This document shows positions 38,247 through 42,333 of a stretch of DNA of 42,333 nucleotides, in pieces. A program made the position numbers and the translations under genes. Below the pieces are notes generated by a model. That model saw nothing but the letters and a program-made list of their open reading frames with translations, did no database searches and was not told where the DNA came from. This stretch comes from an uncultured archaeon (GTDB taxonomy: Archaea; Asgardarchaeota; Lokiarchaeia; Sigyniarchaeales; SOKP01), in the NCBI GenBank assembly GCA_964525635.1, contig CAZGJX010000025.1, forward strand, positions 1 to 42,333, read 5' to 3'. How positions within the stretch are numbered: position 1 is the first letter of the stretch; every line of letters begins with the position of its first letter.

Positions 38247-38879
38247 TTAGTTTATACTAGCACCGCATTTTGAACAAAATTCCCCATTTGGATCAAGGAT
38301 TTCATTACCACAGGAACGACAGCACTTTAATTCATTTCTATGTGTAATTGCAATATCTTTTCTGGTTAAGAGTGTTGTCTGCTCTAAGACGATATATTCA
38401 ATCAATAATAACGTAACAATTAAGAAAATAACATAAAAAACAGGCTCTATTTTCCATACTTCTTGAAATACCACGACATCAATAGGGGGATGTTCCTTAT
38501 ATGTAAGACTGGATTCATTGTTCACAATCAATCCAATTCCTCCAAATACTATTGATGAAATACTTATTAAATTTATAGAACCTCTTATAAAGGAATGATC
38601 TTCTTCCTTTATGTAGAAGAACGATAAGGCAAATCCGAATGTAAATAGAAAGACACATATAGTAGAGAGAATATTATTATATTGAATTTCATAAGAAACT
38701 TCTGAAAGTTCTAAATCGCTAAAAAAGAGACCAAAAGACAATATTTTGTTATGAATCCCAAATGGATTATTAGTTTGAATATATATATTAGCTATATGCA
38801 ATGGAAGGATGAAAAGCCAAATCCCAGATATAAATACGAGTACTTTAATCATTATATTAAATTTAACTGTTTTTTTCAT
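38247..38879 (-). CDS. Membrane protein (about 4 TM) with a C-terminal zinc ribbon
   Basis: Four hydrophobic segments; CRSCG...FCSKCG. Confidence 0.75.
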   Translation of the reverse strand: MKKTVKFNIMIKVLVFISGIWLFILPLHIANIYIQTNNPFGIHNKILSFGLFFSDLELSEVSYEIQYNNILSTICVFLFTFGFALSFFYIKEEDHSFIRGSINLISISSIVFGGIGLIVNNESSLTYKEHPPIDVVVFQEVWKIEPVFYVIFLIVTLLLIEYIVLEQTTLLTRKDIAITHRNELKCCRSCGNEILDPNGEFCSKCGASIN

Positions 38880-39056
38880 CTTTTATTCACTATCCTTTGG
38901 TTAGATGGGTAGATATATATCAGGGAAATTATTAAGTTTATTCAGGATATATCATATGTTCTTTCAGAACAATACTATTATACTTAATATTTTTGCAGTT
39001 ATATATTACTTTTTTGATCTTCTTATGTTTTTTAATTATTTACGTTTAAAAAAAAA

Positions 39057-39470
39057 TTAGAATTGAGGGTAAGGGATCTGGAAATCGATTTCAGATCTTC
39101 GCATGAGTCGATTTAATAGTCCAAGACTGGCACCGTACATATATGATAGTTGAATACTTTTTTCAAGAGCATTATCAACAACATCTGTATAAAAGCACAT
39201 TATATCTCAAAGGTTTTCATCGTTTACAGTTAGTTCTAAGATCTCTAATTGCTTCTCGTGAGTGCTTTTGAGATACCCCAAAACATTAAAGGTAAGCTCA
39301 CTATTATCATATTTCGCCCCAATTCTATCGGTAACTTTCAGAAATAGCTTGTAGAAGAATTCAAGAAGTATTCGCAGGGCAAAATCATTTTTAGCAAGAG
39401 TATCGACATATCCCCTCACCATTAAGGTAAATTCGCTTATATCAATCGATTCAGAATGAATAATTTTCAT
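39057..39470 (-). pseudogene. Hypothetical gene split by an in-frame TGA
   Basis: After the TGA at 39207-39209 the same frame stays open for 49 codons, to TAA at 39057-39059. Confidence 0.5.
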
Positions 39471-39697
39471 AATTATTTTTCTAAGTTTTATTGTTATACA
39501 TTGTTCGATATTTATAAATAAAAAATACTCTTTTCTTATCTCTTACTTTTAAGATTTTATCTTCTCCATAAATACAAATTTTTATTAATGCAAATACCAA
39601 GTTAATAATCAAATATATATATGTAAATTCCTACTTTTAGATTGAATTTTAAAAAACCAAAAGGGTAATCTTATAAATAAAATTCAGGATATTAAAA

Positions 39698-40804
39698 ATG
39701 ACTCAAAAATATATAAGTGAATTTAAATCAAAAGTTCAAAAATTATTGTTAGACATAGATGATAAGGTATTATATAACGATGGTTATTTTGTAATATCTA
39801 TTTTATTTTCATTATTTATAATGATGGACATATTACAGACAGAAGACTATATTGGTTTTATAGTTTACCTTATCTTTTGTTTATTTGTACTATTGTTCCT
39901 ATTATTATATTTTTTAAAAAAGTGGACAAGTGTTGATATTGAAGATAATAAAATGATAGATGATCTTATGGAATTTATTGAAGAGCAAAATACTAAAAGA
40001 AGAAAAGCTACAAGAGAAATACTAGAAAACCTTGAAGAAACGATATTATTTTTAGATAAACGTAATAATTTTTATGATTTAAACAAATTTCTTACAATAT
40101 TATTAGCATCAGGATACTTTATTTTTATAATTGACGATATAGTTCTAATTAAGGTTTTAAATTTTCATGCAGTAAATATGCCCTTTTTTCTAGGTCTTCA
40201 TATAATTGGTATGGTCTTTTCATTTTATTTTTATATAATTTTTTTTATAAAAAAGAGAAAACTTAAGAAAGTTTTAAAAGCTAAAGAGATTTTTAATAAA
40301 GCTCTATTGAAAAAAAAAAAAGAAAAAAATGAAAAAATAATTAATTTAACTAATGAGAAACTAGATAAATTCATTTTTAACTATGAAGATATGCTTCAAA
40401 TGATAACGAATTGGCATAACTTTTATACAAATAATTATTTTGATAAAGAATCTGTAAATAAATTGCTAAAACAATATCATGAAATATATTATACTTATGA
40501 GGAAATCGAAAGAAATTATATTTTATTATATGATTTTAAGATAAAGTTGAAAGATTATCAACTAAGGAATAATACAAGAAAAAATAAAATAGATGATAAT
40601 AAAAGTGATATTGATGGTATTCTGGGCTTACTCGATAATTATTTAGAACAAATAATGACATATCTAAGTTATATTAGAACAAAAAAAAAAGAGATGTATG
40701 ATAAAAAATCTTCATCACAATTAAAGCTATATATTATAATTGTAATCATCTCTGTAGTATCATTTATTACTGAAATATTAAGAGGATTTGGAATTATAAA
40801 ATAA
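39698..40804 (+). CDS. Multi-pass membrane protein with helical soluble region
   Basis: Two TM hairpins plus a C-terminal TM segment. Confidence 0.7.
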   Translation: MTQKYISEFKSKVQKLLLDIDDKVLYNDGYFVISILFSLFIMMDILQTEDYIGFIVYLIFCLFVLLFLLLYFLKKWTSVDIEDNKMIDDLMEFIEEQNTKRRKATREILENLEETILFLDKRNNFYDLNKFLTILLASGYFIFIIDDIVLIKVLNFHAVNMPFFLGLHIIGMVFSFYFYIIFFIKKRKLKKVLKAKEIFNKALLKKKKEKNEKIINLTNEKLDKFIFNYEDMLQMITNWHNFYTNNYFDKESVNKLLKQYHEIYYTYEEIERNYILLYDFKIKLKDYQLRNNTRKNKIDDNKSDIDGILGLLDNYLEQIMTYLSYIRTKKKEMYDKKSSSQLKLYIIIVIISVVSFITEILRGFGIIK

Positions 40805-40886
40805 ATAGAATAAAAAATGCTTTTTTTTCTTTCTTTTCAAAATTTTGTTTTTTTCTTTAAATAAAACTACTTATATTTTTTATTTT

Positions 40887-41186
40887 ATGGATTCAAAAGA
40901 AGTCATTTGTGAGATTACTTTTCAAGATCCCCAATCATTCCAAGCACACGCGATAATAGGCAAGGTAAAGAAAAAGCAGATCTTTTCCTTAAATGATTCA
41001 TGGATTTCCATCTCCAATACCCACAGAATTAACGGAGAATGGAAAAATGTTAAAGACACAATTCACAAATCAAATATTCTCCAATTACACATCTATAAGA
41101 AGAAGCTATCGTACACTTTTGAAAAAGAATCATTGAGCTTGTATCAGATGATTCAAGACAATTCTCTCATGGTAAGAATATGTTAG
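40887..41186 (+). CDS. Hypothetical protein
   Basis: In-frame ATG at 40887 preferred over TTG at 40845, which lies in a T-rich tract. Confidence 0.5.
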   Translation: MDSKEVICEITFQDPQSFQAHAIIGKVKKKQIFSLNDSWISISNTHRINGEWKNVKDTIHKSNILQLHIYKKKLSYTFEKESLSLYQMIQDNSLMVRIC

Positions 41187-41582
41187 AAATTATCAAATCC
41201 CTTATAACTGCATGGATCAGAGTTAGAAAAAGGGTAAGAGAAGGATTAGTTAGGATAAGCCATAATTTAAAAAAATAAATATTAATATCTTGGTATTCTC
41301 TAATCATCCTTTTGATTTCCTATTTTAGCGCTTTACCTAAACCTCGATTTAAATAGAATATTGTCGCTATATCGACTAAGTTTTCTTTAGATTCAGTATT
41401 TACAGAAGATAGCTACGAACTATCTAGTCATTATTGATGAACAGCTATTCTATTATGATGAAAGAGTATCTAAAGCAGTAAATCAGCGAGATCGTTATTT
41501 TCCTATGAGTTTAAATAGTCATTTTTTAATTATATAGTAATAAAATGAAGAAAAATTAATCTAAAAAAAGAGGTATAAAAGA

Positions 41583-41765
41583 ATGAGCAATTTTATAAAA
41601 AAGAAAAGACTCGACCAAGAGGACATAGAAAAGATGATGTCTGACGCACTTGTAGAAGCATATCTATCATGTCCCTATTGTGAATATAACGCCTTAGAGC
41701 CTGACTATGACACCTGTCCAGAATGCCATAAAAAGAATCCTCTACGTCAGCTTGGGATGATCTAA
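41583..41765 (+). CDS. Small zinc-ribbon protein
   Basis: CPYC...LEPD...CPEC...NPL; GAGGT RBS. Confidence 0.7.
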   Translation: MSNFIKKKRLDQEDIEKMMSDALVEAYLSCPYCEYNALEPDYDTCPECHKKNPLRQLGMI

Positions 41766-41783
41766 TGAGGAGGGATACAAAAA

Positions 41784-42179
41784 ATGAAAAACTTAATTTA
41801 TGAAAGGATCTATAAAAAGCTCTCCCAACTCATCAATTTTGAGAGTTTACAAAAAAAAGAGTATATCAAATATAAGAGTTCGGGACTCATGGATTTACAT
41901 ATCGATTTCCTACGAGTTGAGGAAAATAATGCGTTTATAATTGGGATGGGGCATAATTACAGGCAGAATGGGGATGTTATGGCAGATCCAGATATGGAAA
42001 TCAGGATTTTCCCAAATACTCAAATGGCAGAGGCTTTAACCTTCCAGCTTGACAGTTTAGGGATATATCAAAGGGTATATCAAGATAATAAAGTCGATAT
42101 CAGCTTAAAAAAAGATCTCAACTCCTTCCTTGACAAATGGCTTACAAAGATCAAATTAGACAAATATCAATTAGCATAA
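41784..42179 (+). CDS. DUF1249/DUF6908-like protein
   Basis: GLMDLHI, HNYRQNGDVMADPDMEI, AEALTFQ, LNSFL..WL; GGAGG RBS. Confidence 0.75.
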   Translation: MKNLIYERIYKKLSQLINFESLQKKEYIKYKSSGLMDLHIDFLRVEENNAFIIGMGHNYRQNGDVMADPDMEIRIFPNTQMAEALTFQLDSLGIYQRVYQDNKVDISLKKDLNSFLDKWLTKIKLDKYQLA

Positions 42180-42215
42180 TTAACAAAAAATTAAAAAAAA
42201 GAGGGATCAAAAAAA

Positions 42216-42333
42216 ATGAAATTAATCTTTAAGGTAGAAATCAACTCAAAAGAATGGGATAATGAGACATTTGACGACTCCAAATTTGATAAAAAGACAC
42301 TAAAATCAATGTTATTCGACGAGTTTTACGATT
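42216..42333 (+). CDS. Hypothetical protein, partial (runs off the window end)
   Basis: GAGGGA RBS at 42201-42206, then MKLIFKVEINSKEWDNETFDD... open to the end. Confidence 0.6.
   Translation, partial: MKLIFKVEINSKEWDNETFDDSKFDKKTLKSMLFDEFYD

Noticed and set aside
41187-41582. Possible gene remnant or ncRNA
   Set aside because: Interrupted frames, with no motif or convincing secondary structure.
1-42333. tRNA, rRNA or CRISPR array
   Set aside because: No GC-rich structured segment or regularly spaced repeat was seen by eye; tRNAscan-SE or a CRISPR finder would confirm.

Overview
This is a very AT-rich archaeal window, most likely Asgard/Lokiarchaeia: it has a Loki-CTERM-like surface protein, a TIR-LRR-Rab-like GTPase, SIR2-TPR and CHAT proteins, and GGTGA/GGAGG ribosome-binding sites. 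It reads as a defence/accessory island. The centrepiece is a co-directional minus-strand run of about 19.8 kb (31831 to 11985): long prokaryotic Argonaute, NurA, HerA, Mre11, Rad50, OLD-family ATPase/TOPRIM nuclease, UvrD/PcrA helicase, PLD-SNF2 helicase and an Eco57I-like N6-adenine methyltransferase. An Argonaute heading a complete archaeal DNA end-resection module, and carrying an atypical D-E-D-Q tetrad, is the best candidate for a new system. The left flank holds an IS630 element with a -1 frameshift site, two unannotated pseudogenes, a PD-(D/E)xK nuclease, CHAT, DUF4238 + SIR2-TPR, TIR-LRR-GTPase and a CoiA-like nuclease that seems to use a non-canonical start. The right flank holds a divergent AAA-wHTH protein, a PIP-box-like protein, HNH, a second SIR2 and small mobile-element-type genes. 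I saw no rRNA, tRNA or CRISPR array. All family calls come from motifs read by eye; no database search was run.
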